Assembly (NCBI GenBank): GCA_964580285.1
Contig: CAZOKB010000003.1
Coordinates: forward strand, 31,403-95,402
DNA length: 64,000 bases
DNA from: an uncultured Bdellovibrionales bacterium
GTDB lineage: Bacteria; Patescibacteriota; Minisyncoccia; Moranbacterales; UBA1568
Direction of reading: 5' to 3'
Shown here in pieces: positions 28,027 to 37,745 of this stretch; within the stretch, counting starts at the first letter, position 1, and each line of letters begins with the position of its first letter. A program made the translations under genes and the position numbers. The notes beneath the pieces were generated by a model. It was given only the letters and a program-made list of their open reading frames with translations. It was not told the origin of the DNA and searched no databases.

Positions 28027-28716
28027 CTATTTCAGCTCTACCTGATCGATATTCTTGAGAATGGAGGAGGTAAAGACCGATGGATTATAGCTATTATAGA
28101 GCAATTCGATAATCTCTTCGGTCTCGAGAGCTGTCACATGCACCCCTGTTGAGGACAGGGCCGCTGTAACATGATCCACCCGCTGCAACAGTTGACTCCG
28201 GTAGGTCTCGAAAAGCTCTGGATGAGAATTGACCGCTTGTTTCGATTTGAAAATCCCGAACATTTTGTCCCCGAAACCGCTCTTTTGATCCTCCACCGAT
28301 GAGAACGGTATGACGACATAGAAAAACTTAGACATGATATTCGAGACCTCGGTCAGATTCTTCACGAACTCTTTGTATTCCGTAATCTGAAACCGTAAGA
28401 GATCATTCTCCTGCTGTTTTTCCCGTTCTGAAAGCAGCTCCAGATACGGCTCAATATTAAAACGGCGCGAACTCACCACAATCTGCACCGGAAAATCGAG
28501 CGAGTTCAAAAAATTCTGATACTGGAGAATAATACCCTCCTGTTCATCCGATGACTTGAGGTCGAAGTTAAGTGACGAAACCAAAAGGACCGCGCGCAGC
28601 GCTCCGGTTTTGAGCACAATCACTCCCTCACGGATTTCATCCACATCCACATACTGTTGGGTGCTGCTTTTCGAAGTCGTTCCGGGATTCGTATTTTTCG
28701 GATTCAAAAATTCCAT
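28027..28716 (-). CDS. VirB4 N-terminal-like accessory protein of the secretion locus
   Basis: NFDLKS.DEQ.......FLNSL.FPVQI, FYVVIPF, LLYNSYNP; between prgI and virB4. Confidence 0.75.
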   Translation of the reverse strand: MEFLNPKNTNPGTTSKSSTQQYVDVDEIREGVIVLKTGALRAVLLVSSLNFDLKSSDEQEGIILQYQNFLNSLDFPVQIVVSSRRFNIEPYLELLSEREKQQENDLLRFQITEYKEFVKNLTEVSNIMSKFFYVVIPFSSVEDQKSGFGDKMFGIFKSKQAVNSHPELFETYRSQLLQRVDHVTAALSSTGVHVTALETEEIIELLYNSYNPSVFTSSILKNIDQVELK

Positions 28717-28733
28717 GCTGGTGGTATTTGTGT

Positions 28734-29141
28734 TTATCGTCGTCGATCCAAAAGGGCCGCGAGCGCTTTGAGCTTTTCTTCGTTGATTTCTTTCTTGTCA
28801 TTCACCGACTGTACCGCGGCACTCGTCCGCTGAGTCACTACTTTCGGCGGCCCCGTGACGTGTACCGGTCGCTCCCACACCGATATTTTCGGTCGAAACA
28901 GAAAAAAAAGACCATGGAACACGAAACTCGTCATAGGCATGCCATTGGGCTTGTAAAAAGCGAACGCTAAAAAGGCCAGTGCGGTCGGTATCCCTATGAG
29001 CAAAAACAACTGAAAATCGAACATTGAGTAGAACAGGAGGAGCGTCGTGCTCATGGCAAACAACCAGCCCAGATGCTTCCAGGTGAAAGGTCCGACGATC
29101 TTGTCTTCTATATCAATGTATTGTGGGACAGCGCTCTGCAT
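28734..29141 (-). CDS. PrgI-family (VirB3-like) protein
   Basis: VPQYIDIEDKIVGPFTWK, two TMs, AFYKPNG; ATG 29141. Confidence 0.85.
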   Translation of the reverse strand: MQSAVPQYIDIEDKIVGPFTWKHLGWLFAMSTTLLLFYSMFDFQLFLLIGIPTALAFLAFAFYKPNGMPMTSFVFHGLFFLFRPKISVWERPVHVTGPPKVVTQRTSAAVQSVNDKKEINEEKLKALAALLDRRR

Positions 29142-29202
29142 ACAATTCCTCTCAAAGTATATCATGATTCTTCCGGGGACAGCCACACTCCCTATCACGA
29201 TA

Positions 29203-29276
29203 AGTATCATCTTCACACAGCCAAGGATCCAGTCTTTACCTTTTGAAAATCTAGATCCCGCCTGCGCGGGAAGAAC
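29203..29276. repeat. degenerate palindromic element (second RPE-like type)
   Basis: TCATCTTCAC..GGATCCAG...CTAGATCCCGCCTGCGCGGGAAGAAC. Confidence 0.5.
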
Positions 29277-29301
29277 CACCACTCTTCGATCTCAAAAAAT
29301 C

Positions 29302-30606
29302 TTACTCCTCCTCAAGACGGTCATTGCTCACTGGATCAATACGAAAGGGGTTGGGAATGTAGCTTGGGTTACGCTTCGGGGCCTGTGGCGGTTGGAGCGG
29401 AGCCTGCATAGCACTTGGTTTCGGAGTAGTTGGAACTGGAGCAGCAAGCTGTTCTGCCTCGTTCTGTACCAACAAATCCTTTTCCGCTGGCAACACATGT
29501 TTGGAAGAAAAATGCAGTGTTCCATTGGAAGGTGATACCGGCGCTGCTACTGGCTTGGTCGCTACATGCATTGATCCGGTCAACCCTAAGGATGCAAATT
29601 CTTCTGGGTTCACCTGGCGCACTACATTATGATCATTCAAAGCACGCGCATGCGGAGCAATCACAAAGTTATCCCGCTCGAAAGGTACTTCTTTTTGAGG
29701 TACTGGTGCTGCTGGAGCAGCCGCTGTTATATTGGCTGGTAGAGGCTGCGGAGCCGACATCACTGCTTCGCGAGTATCAAACTGGGGCATACGTTCTGGA
29801 GCACCCACCAAACCATGCTGCGGCCGAGGAGCGGCCACTGGAAACAGGATTTCCTGACGATCAGCGTCTACCACAAGCAACTCACTGTCTTCAATGGATC
29901 GGAGAATAAGCGCAATGCGCTCACGCTCTTCATCTGAGAGCTTCGCACCGTTCTGCGAGCGGAAGAGGAATTGCCCTCGAGTCACCGAGTCGTGATACCC
30001 CACCCCGAGTTCTTCGCGGTAGCATTTGATCCAATTCAAGAGCGATCCGCGCATTGGTTCAGCACTCGTCTTCAGTTTCACACGGGACTCCGTAATCGTC
30101 TGCTGCCCCAGTTGCGGAAAACGCGAAAGGGCTTCGAGGAGCGCAACGCGGACAGACGCATCGACTTTAATAGCACTCTTTTTCTCGTCATCAACTTCCT
30201 CTTTAGGCACAATAGTAAGAATATCACTCTTGATATACTCAACTATTGCTGTCAATTTCTGATTATCAGTTTTTCCGAAATGAACAAGGAGTGAAGCTAT
30301 TTTTTCTCTGCAAGTATCAATCGTCCATTCTTCAAAAAAAATCTTTCTCACAGCAAGACTTGCCACACCAACTTCTTCATTAGAGAGACTTAAAATGTCC
30401 TCCATGCTTTTGATTGCAATTGGCACCTCAAACGAGGTGAGTACTTTCTTTTTATTTAAGTCAAGACGATCGTATGCTTCCCATATTTTTTGGTCCTCTT
30501 GGTCCGAAACTTGGTTTTCTAAACCAGATTCATCAACAAGGAGTGGGTAATATCGTCTCGATTGAATTTTTTTTTCCATAACACTACACATGATCAGTCC
30601 ACTCAA
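29302..30606 (-). CDS. hypothetical protein with Pro/Ala-rich C-terminus
   Basis: 434-aa ORF within the secretion locus; start may be 30579. Confidence 0.7.
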   Translation of the reverse strand: MSGLIMCSVMEKKIQSRRYYPLLVDESGLENQVSDQEDQKIWEAYDRLDLNKKKVLTSFEVPIAIKSMEDILSLSNEEVGVASLAVRKIFFEEWTIDTCREKIASLLVHFGKTDNQKLTAIVEYIKSDILTIVPKEEVDDEKKSAIKVDASVRVALLEALSRFPQLGQQTITESRVKLKTSAEPMRGSLLNWIKCYREELGVGYHDSVTRGQFLFRSQNGAKLSDEERERIALILRSIEDSELLVVDADRQEILFPVAAPRPQHGLVGAPERMPQFDTREAVMSAPQPLPANITAAAPAAPVPQKEVPFERDNFVIAPHARALNDHNVVRQVNPEEFASLGLTGSMHVATKPVAAPVSPSNGTLHFSSKHVLPAEKDLLVQNEAEQLAAPVPTTPKPSAMQAPLQPPQAPKRNPSYIPNPFRIDPVSNDRLEEE

Positions 30607-30608
30607 GA

Positions 30609-32687
30609 CTATGGTTTAAGACCAGCGCCTCTCCAAGCCACTTTCTGTTGACTATTCAAGTTTTTGTATGCATCTATATGTTCCTGTGGCGTCCAATTAC
30701 CACTTGTAACCTGATCTTGGACGAAACTACGCAACTCTGCGTCTACCGGTGTGGCTGCATCTCCATGTATACCCTTTACTTTTCCAACTTCTGCTGCAGT
30801 CAGACCAGACAAATGTTTATCGTAGGCTGCCTGGCGACCCATACCGAGACCAATATCATAGTCAATCAGTGTCTTGAGATGACCTTCTTTCTTGATACGA
30901 CCATTCAATTTAGCCTGCAGCTCTGCATTTCCGCTAAGTGCACCAGAACTAATAAGGCTGGTATATTGAGCCCCACTACCCTTTAATGCACCAGCGTCTA
31001 CTTTTTCAATCAACTGAGCGGCCGACTTAGCATCATTACCCAAATGACCGAGGGCTGAAGTCAAATCATTCATGTCTTTAAACAGTGACTTATCAGCTTT
31101 TCTAATAAGCTCTGCTCGTTTTTCTGCTGACTGCGCCGTTGCCGCTCCACCATTCGCTCGATCAAGCGCTGTAATAGCAGAGTTTAATTCAGCGACATCA
31201 CGGAAACCATCACGCTTAGAGAGCATTCTGACTGCCGCCTCAACATCCTCAGCGCTCTGTGACTTTGGATTTACATTGTAATCATCAATTACTTTACGCA
31301 AGTCGTTATCACTCTTCCGTGCATCATCGAATTTCTTCTCGCTTTCTGATACCGCCTTGGTGTGCTTGTCGCGCACATAAGAGTCAGAGCGTCCAGCAAA
31401 CTTTGCCTTGTATTCTTCTTCTTTTTCCTTCGTTCTATCGCTCCAATATTTTGGAGTAAACAATTTAACACCCTTTGTCTTTTCAGCACGCTCCTTAAGA
31501 CCAGAACCCAGTCCTTTAGCACGTGTAGTGACCGGAGAAGCCATACCACGGCCCACGCCCAGCGCCAAGCCCTTACCCCAACCTCGAGCCTTCAATCCCC
31601 AGCCCTCAACCGTCTTAGCGCCAGCAATACCCATTTTGCTTGAGATACTAATCGTCATCCAGATCATGATCATCGGAATAGAGAAGAGAATCATCTGCTT
31701 AGCAAGCGCATCAGCCCCCGATCCTTGAGCTATACTCTCTGCTTGTTTATAAAAAGCATCTTCCGAAATCACACTCATAAAACGGACAGTCACCAAGAGC
31801 ATCAGCATTGCAACTGGTCCGAAAATAAGGTACTGATTAAATTTATCCCACCACTCTTTGGAATATTTACTAATCGCATCAAGCGGAACCGCTGCCCCCA
31901 CAAACCCGATCGGCGAAAAAATCACCAATACAATCAGTGCCGTGAGCCGAATAACAAACATAACCGCCAAGACTGCCAGCGAAATCGAGAATAAAAACAT
32001 AAAGACGATAGCAAGAAACAGTTGTGATATATTTGTATCTCCATAATTCACGCTATCATCAGCGTTGCGTATCGGCAACAATATCTTTTCCATTCTTGTT
32101 GACGAAAGTGCCCCTTTTTCAAGCGCACCACTCGCTGATGTTGCCCCACTACTTGCATTCATCATCTGCTTGGCAAAGAAGTACATGGGCACATTGGAAA
32201 CATCGATCAAGAAGCGTGCAATCGGAAAGCTGAAATTTACAAAGAGCGCCGCCAACACCACTGAGAGCAGCATTTTTTTGATACTGTACTTCTCGATCTG
32301 AAAGACGGTCGAGAAAGCGACGAGGAGGAGGGAAAAGATGAAGAACAGATTGAAGAAATCACGAATAAACTTCCAAAGCTCGTAAACAACTGATCGATTG
32401 AGAAGTCCGCTTGGTCCAGAAAGGTAATCCGGATTCACTGCAAATTCAAAAAGCGCAATCGCTCCGGAAGCCAACCAGGTAATGGGCGTAAAAATTACTT
32501 TATATAAAACCCAGTTAATGAAAGTCTTCAATCCAGCAATAAAATCTCCAAACAACCCTCCGCTTCCCGTTTCTACTGCCACTGTTTTTGATTGAGCAAA
32601 ACTAATATCCGGCACAAAAAATAAACAGAGTCCGATACATAAAAACAGTACCGAGAGCGCTATGACTTTCTTTTTGTTTCTCCTCAT
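30609..32687 (-). CDS. VirB6/TrbL-like polytopic membrane protein
   Basis: W..IRD..N.FF, LFVNFS..I....ID.SN, R...L..L.IFSP, WW..F; long helical C-terminal tail. Confidence 0.8.
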   Translation of the reverse strand: MRRNKKKVIALSVLFLCIGLCLFFVPDISFAQSKTVAVETGSGGLFGDFIAGLKTFINWVLYKVIFTPITWLASGAIALFEFAVNPDYLSGPSGLLNRSVVYELWKFIRDFFNLFFIFSLLLVAFSTVFQIEKYSIKKMLLSVVLAALFVNFSFPIARFLIDVSNVPMYFFAKQMMNASSGATSASGALEKGALSSTRMEKILLPIRNADDSVNYGDTNISQLFLAIVFMFLFSISLAVLAVMFVIRLTALIVLVIFSPIGFVGAAVPLDAISKYSKEWWDKFNQYLIFGPVAMLMLLVTVRFMSVISEDAFYKQAESIAQGSGADALAKQMILFSIPMIMIWMTISISSKMGIAGAKTVEGWGLKARGWGKGLALGVGRGMASPVTTRAKGLGSGLKERAEKTKGVKLFTPKYWSDRTKEKEEEYKAKFAGRSDSYVRDKHTKAVSESEKKFDDARKSDNDLRKVIDDYNVNPKSQSAEDVEAAVRMLSKRDGFRDVAELNSAITALDRANGGAATAQSAEKRAELIRKADKSLFKDMNDLTSALGHLGNDAKSAAQLIEKVDAGALKGSGAQYTSLISSGALSGNAELQAKLNGRIKKEGHLKTLIDYDIGLGMGRQAAYDKHLSGLTAAEVGKVKGIHGDAATPVDAELRSFVQDQVTSGNWTPQEHIDAYKNLNSQQKVAWRGAGLKP

Positions 32688-32732
32688 AAGTATATGCCCA
32701 AAGTATACCTCAAAGCCTAAGAAAAAAGAAGG

Positions 32733-32758
32733 AGGGTTAGCAAACATCGCTAACCCTC
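32733..32758 (-). terminator. terminator after small secreted ORF
   Basis: GAGGGTTAGC..GCTAACCCTC hairpin followed by pyrimidine/T run on the minus strand. Confidence 0.7.
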
Positions 32759-32782
32759 TGTTGTGTACAGCCGCCGACATCA

Positions 32783-33052
32783 TCAGCGGAACATCCAGCC
32801 AAGACCAACTCTCTTAGGCTGAGCTGCTGGTTGACTAACTTGTTGCTTCTTCTGGCGGCACTGCTCAAGAAGTACTCGATCACGCTTCGGAAATTGGTCA
32901 ACTCTGTGAGCACCTTGATACATCTCCCACATGTCCTGCAGGTGTTGACAATGTCCAAGCGATGGAGCACTATCCGCCCAAGTCGGAGTAGGGACAGAAG
33001 AAATAGAAACGAGTGCCGCAGCGAGAGCGGCGATAAGAGAAAACTTTTTCAT
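32783..33052 (-). CDS. small secreted protein (orphan cassette)
   Basis: MKKFSLIAALAAAL signal peptide, GGAGG RBS, two Cys. Confidence 0.7.
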   Translation of the reverse strand: MKKFSLIAALAAALVSISSVPTPTWADSAPSLGHCQHLQDMWEMYQGAHRVDQFPKRDRVLLEQCRQKKQQVSQPAAQPKRVGLGWMFR

Positions 33053-33276
33053 GATGCCCTCCGTGTGGCGGGAAAAAGAAGAAACGTAAAGCCCTGACGA
33101 GCCAAACGACTGCGCAAGGCAGCTATCAGATGGTCAAGAAAGGCGCCTAAAAAGGAGAAAAGCGCGTTGTATAAAAAAATCATCTGGTAGCTGCCCTGGC
33201 GATTTTCAGTTGTTAACGAGCTCTTTTATAAGGAAAAATTACCAGAAAACCACAGTTTTGTCAAATTCTACAATTC

Positions 33277-34482
33277 CTAGTAAATAAATCCCTTAATAGC
33301 GCGGCTGGAAGCTGAGAGAGTCCGCCGGCTCACCTTACCCCAACCCACGTAGTTCATCTCACTCACCGTAATCGAATCGCCATTTACTCGTTCTACCAAA
33401 GCCACATGGCCATAGTAACGGTTTTCAGTGGTCACCATCATAGCACCCGCCTGTGGACGGCGGCCGGTTTTGTATCCCAGAGATTTCGCTTTATAGAGCC
33501 AGGTCCCCGCATTACCGCTCCACGGCACATAGCGCTTCTGGGCCACATACCATGTGCACCATCCATACGGAAAGCGATGTCCTGACCCTGCTTTGCCATC
33601 CAGTGTACGGAAACCAGAAATATCCGTCGCTGTACCACCACCTGTGGTGGCATACTGCCGGCGGGCCAAGGTATTGGTAGCTGGTGAAGCATTTTGCGAA
33701 GCTTCTTCTTTTTGTCCGTTCGGAATGATGATGGAATCCCCAATCGAAAGCTCTCCATTGGCTGGTAAACTATTGAACGAGATGATCTTTTCTTTTTCGG
33801 CTTTGTATTTAGCCGCAATAGAATCAATCGTATCACCTGATTTCACTACATAGGAGAGTCCCGCCACCGGCAGAATAAATATCTGATCACCTGGTTTGAT
33901 CTCATCTGGATTATCCAAATCATTGGCCCACAGAATGGTATTGACCGTAATCCCATTGCGAGCGGCAATCCCGCTCACTGTGTCCCCATTCACGACAGTA
34001 TAAATCTTTACGCCACCATCTTCTTCCGGGTCTTTGGCCATAGCTAAATGCCCACCCGCCTGAGAAGACAGCACGATTTGATTCTGTTCGGCAATACCAT
34101 TGATATCAAACAAGGTGGTATCATCTTTCTGATCCGGATCAGCATTCAGATTCACAGCCGAAAGCGGTACCAACGAGAGATTCTCTCTTTTACTGGTTTG
34201 CGCTGCAATTTTATGCGTACCAGCAGCTCCGGAAGCCGCCTGGGCTCCATCGGCATACCCAAACAAAAAGGCATTCGTGTCTTTACCGTGAGAAAAATTG
34301 GTGGCCGAAACCAAGAGCGCACTTGAAGCTACTACCGAAAAAGCCGAGTATTCTCGGAACCAATGCACCACCCGGTAGCCAGACGCCTCTTTGAGAGCAA
34401 TCAGGGCCTTGGATTGAAGATGATGAATTTTTGTATGGAGACGAGACAGCAAGTCGCGAAGACTTGCTGGTGTATCATCCAT
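33277..34482 (-). CDS. LysM-LysM-CHAP peptidoglycan hydrolase
   Basis: YTV..GDT...IA twice; GWCTWYV, GNA..W, YGHVA.VE, SEMNY. Confidence 0.93.
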   Translation of the reverse strand: MDDTPASLRDLLSRLHTKIHHLQSKALIALKEASGYRVVHWFREYSAFSVVASSALLVSATNFSHGKDTNAFLFGYADGAQAASGAAGTHKIAAQTSKRENLSLVPLSAVNLNADPDQKDDTTLFDINGIAEQNQIVLSSQAGGHLAMAKDPEEDGGVKIYTVVNGDTVSGIAARNGITVNTILWANDLDNPDEIKPGDQIFILPVAGLSYVVKSGDTIDSIAAKYKAEKEKIISFNSLPANGELSIGDSIIIPNGQKEEASQNASPATNTLARRQYATTGGGTATDISGFRTLDGKAGSGHRFPYGWCTWYVAQKRYVPWSGNAGTWLYKAKSLGYKTGRRPQAGAMMVTTENRYYGHVALVERVNGDSITVSEMNYVGWGKVSRRTLSASSRAIKGFIY

Positions 34483-34841
34483 AGCGTCACGTCCATAAGC
34501 TGCCCGGAGCTTCTCGACGCCCTTCGTAAGGAATGTTGGGAAACGAATACTCGTTTTCCTTTCTCTGAAAAGAGCCTTGGTTTACCCGGCGAAACCCTTT
34601 CGCTCAACGGTAAACATAGGGCTTTTTTCCTAAGAGTTACAGACTCGATTCTAGCGTATGGTGTCATTCCAGTCAATCCAAAATACCTCGATTTTTATAT
34701 TTTTTGCTTTAGATAAAGCAAAAAATATGTGGATAACTCACACTCTTCTCTGCCTTCGCTCGAGACTTGTCTCTACGCTATACTGTATCTATGTCGCATA
34801 ACTCTGTATTTGGAAAAATCAGGTAGCCTACTGTCTTTTCT

Positions 34842-35795
34842 ATGCATTTCCAAAAACCATCTGCCCCTATCGAGGAGTACGCCAAGTGTTTTCTTGAACA
34901 CCTTGAGATCGAACTCAATCGGTCACTCCGCACTATCGATAGCTACGGCCGCTGTCTCACTCAATTCATTCGAGAAACTGGCGTGAAGACACCTGAAGAT
35001 ATCAATCAGGCTGTTTTACGAGAATACCGTCTCTCCCTCAATCGGCGCGAAACTCACCGCGGGGCCACTCTCAAGAAAAATACCCAGAGCTACCATGCCA
35101 TCGTACTCCGTTCTTTCCTGAAATTCTTGGCCAAGCAGGATATTAAAACCCTTTCAGCCGAAAAAATAGAAGTTGGGCACACCCCAACTCGCCAGGTGGA
35201 TTTCCTTGATCCAGAGGAAGTAGAACGCATGATTCTGGCCACCCAAGGATCAACCCTGCGTAATCTCCGCGACCGTGCCATTCTTGAGCTCTTCTTCTCT
35301 TCCGGCCTCCGGGTTTCCGAACTGACCTCGCTCGATCGCCAGCATATCAATCTTGAAAAAGAAGAATTCTCCGTGCGCGGTAAAGGAAGCAAACTCCGTA
35401 TTGTGTTCATTTCTCCCTCTGCCAAAGGTGCTCTCGAACGCTATCTCAACCAACGTGCCGATACCGACCCGGCCCTTTTTATCTCACTTCCCAAGAAAGG
35501 TCTCGTCAACAAAGAAAACTCTCGGCGCGACACCCTCCGCCTCACCCCGCGCAGTGTCCAACGGCTCGTCAAGTACTACGCTACCAAAGCCGGCATTGTC
35601 AAAGAGGTTCACCCCCATACCCTGCGCCACAGCTTCGCCACCGATCTTCTGATAAACGGAGCGGATATCCGCAGCGTGCAGGCCATGCTGGGTCACGCTT
35701 CCATCACCACCACTCAAATCTATACCCACGTCACCAACGAACACTTGAAAGAAATTCACAAGGCTTTTCATGATCGGCGGCGCGCAAAGAAATAA
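34842..35795 (+). CDS. xerC: Xer-family tyrosine recombinase
   Basis: RDRAILE...SSGLRVSEL, RGKGSK.R, HPHTLRHSFAT, LGHASI.TTQIYTHV. Confidence 0.9.
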   Translation: MHFQKPSAPIEEYAKCFLEHLEIELNRSLRTIDSYGRCLTQFIRETGVKTPEDINQAVLREYRLSLNRRETHRGATLKKNTQSYHAIVLRSFLKFLAKQDIKTLSAEKIEVGHTPTRQVDFLDPEEVERMILATQGSTLRNLRDRAILELFFSSGLRVSELTSLDRQHINLEKEEFSVRGKGSKLRIVFISPSAKGALERYLNQRADTDPALFISLPKKGLVNKENSRRDTLRLTPRSVQRLVKYYATKAGIVKEVHPHTLRHSFATDLLINGADIRSVQAMLGHASITTTQIYTHVTNEHLKEIHKAFHDRRRAKK

Positions 35796-35830
35796 TTCCT
35801 GTTTGCTTATCTTTATTCGCTCTTCTCTCT

Positions 35831-37693
35831 ATGTTTTTTTTCTCTCAACGCACTGCTTTTGGTATAGCCACTCTCGCCATAACTCTCTTTTTCGCTTTTG
35901 GTCTCTACCACATTACTCAGTTCGAAACGACCGATGAACACTTTTGGAAGTATGATCGTATTCCTGCCTACTGGCAGGCACTGGAGGAAGGAAAATGGAA
36001 AAAAACCGCTATCAATGACAAACCTGGCATCACCATAGCCCTCATGGCTGGCCCAGGACTCCTCTTTGTCAATCCAACCGAGCACCGCCTGCGCGATCCA
36101 GAACTCACCCAGCACGATACTCTCACCCTCTACGACACCACTCAAACAGCCCGCATCAACCTCGCCTTCCGGCTGCCACTCCTCCTCTGTAACACACTCC
36201 TCCTCTTCCTGAGTTTCTTTCTCGCTCAACGCGCTTTTCGTTCCGACTCTATCGCCGCCAGCTTCATTGTTGCTCTGGTAAGTTTTCCTTTTCTTATCGG
36301 TCTCTCGCAAATCATCAATCCCGACACTCTTCTCTGGTCAACCAGCAGCGTAGCCCTCTTGGCTTGGCTTGCTTTTCTTGAAACCGGTCGCTTCCGCTAC
36401 GCCTGTCTCACCGCTGTTTTTACTGCTCTCGCGCTCCTTTCAAAATACACTGGCAATTTTCTCTTCCCACTTTTTCTGGCCCTTGGCATACTCCACCCGC
36501 TTTTCCGACCAACCTTCCTTTCCGAGCGTGCAGCACTCCAAGCCTTCCTGCGTTCTTTACTACTTGGCTTCGTTCTTGTTCTTCTCATCTCTCCTCTCAT
36601 CTTTGCATTTTTTCTCCCCGCTGTCTTTGTAAAACCAGCGCTCCTGTTTCAGGGTACCCTTGGTTTTCTTCATACAGCTCATCTTTTATTTCCCTTACTC
36701 TTCATCGTTCTCCTCCTCGCTTTCGATACCCTCGGCAACCAGGCACGTTCCTTTTTTCGCTTGTTCCAACTAACTCCCTCCCCGTCTTTCCGCATCTTCA
36801 CTCGCACCACCTTCTTCCTCGCTATTCTCTTTTTTGCGCTTACCCTCTGTCTCGGTAATATTCTCCAACCCTTTCTCGAAACTGCTAAAACGGATGGTGC
36901 CCTCGCCTTTCCACTCCTTGCTTCCTGGCCAGCACCTCTTGCCTTTGGCCTCCAGATTCTCGGCGAAGCCTCCGCTTTCGTCTTTTCTGTTCCACCTCTC
37001 CTTTGGGCACTCCTCTTCTTTTGGTTCTTGCGTTCTCTTTTCTTACCACTCACCCCTCGCACTACCCTCACCTTACTTCTGCTCTGGTTTACCATCGCGT
37101 TTTGTATCGCTGCCTTAGGACAAGGAGTGCTCCTGAACGCTCGTTACAGCGTTATCTTCTTTCCGCTCTTGGCGCTCCTTCTCGCTTTCGCTCTCGATGA
37201 CCTGGCCACGCTCATTCCCAACCGTTTTCATCCCAAGACCGCACTCCTCATTGGCCTCCTGTGTCTCAGCGCATTCACACTCTGGTACACCAAACCCTTC
37301 TTTTTTAACTATACCTCCCCGTTGCTCCAATCCTCCTTTGCTCTCCATGACGGCTGGGGTTTGGGCTATTACGAAGCCGCTCAGTACCTCAATTCCCTTC
37401 CCAACAAAGACCAACTTATCATTTGGAGTGATCGCAATGTGATCTGCCCGTTTCTCACAGGTCCACGCTGTCTCTCCGGTTATCAGCTCGATCTCTCTCG
37501 GGTCACACCGGATTATTTTATCGTGAGCAAGCGCGGTGTTGAGCGCAACTATATTCCCCGCGACCGCGCTACCAAACAACCCCTCCTTGATTACACGCGT
37601 CTCTCCGAGTATGCTCGAGAAGCGGTTTGGCGCCTGAATATTGGCAACCGCCCTGATAATTTTGTCATGATTCTCCCGGCATCTCTACCATAA
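35831..37693 (+). CDS. GT-C fold glycosyltransferase (PMT/ArnT-like)
   Basis: TTDE..W, DKPGIT, INPD, ALLSKY, multi-TM, WG.G...AA.YLN. Confidence 0.8.
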   Translation: MFFFSQRTAFGIATLAITLFFAFGLYHITQFETTDEHFWKYDRIPAYWQALEEGKWKKTAINDKPGITIALMAGPGLLFVNPTEHRLRDPELTQHDTLTLYDTTQTARINLAFRLPLLLCNTLLLFLSFFLAQRAFRSDSIAASFIVALVSFPFLIGLSQIINPDTLLWSTSSVALLAWLAFLETGRFRYACLTAVFTALALLSKYTGNFLFPLFLALGILHPLFRPTFLSERAALQAFLRSLLLGFVLVLLISPLIFAFFLPAVFVKPALLFQGTLGFLHTAHLLFPLLFIVLLLAFDTLGNQARSFFRLFQLTPSPSFRIFTRTTFFLAILFFALTLCLGNILQPFLETAKTDGALAFPLLASWPAPLAFGLQILGEASAFVFSVPPLLWALLFFWFLRSLFLPLTPRTTLTLLLLWFTIAFCIAALGQGVLLNARYSVIFFPLLALLLAFALDDLATLIPNRFHPKTALLIGLLCLSAFTLWYTKPFFFNYTSPLLQSSFALHDGWGLGYYEAAQYLNSLPNKDQLIIWSDRNVICPFLTGPRCLSGYQLDLSRVTPDYFIVSKRGVERNYIPRDRATKQPLLDYTRLSEYAREAVWRLNIGNRPDNFVMILPASLP

Positions 37694-37745
37694 CCTCTAC
37701 GAGATCATTCTGGTTTCTGTCCGAAACCTCTGAGACTCATCCGCT

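Noticed and set aside
34727-34820. DnaA box (TGTGGATAA) and a dif-like half-site (ATGTCGCATAA) upstream of the Xer gene
   Set aside because: A single box and only one arm resembling dif are not enough to call oriC or dif.
21708-35795. ICE spanning tRNA-Leu to the tyrosine recombinase
   Set aside because: The recombinase looks like a housekeeping Xer, no tRNA-end repeat was found near it, and there is no relaxase.
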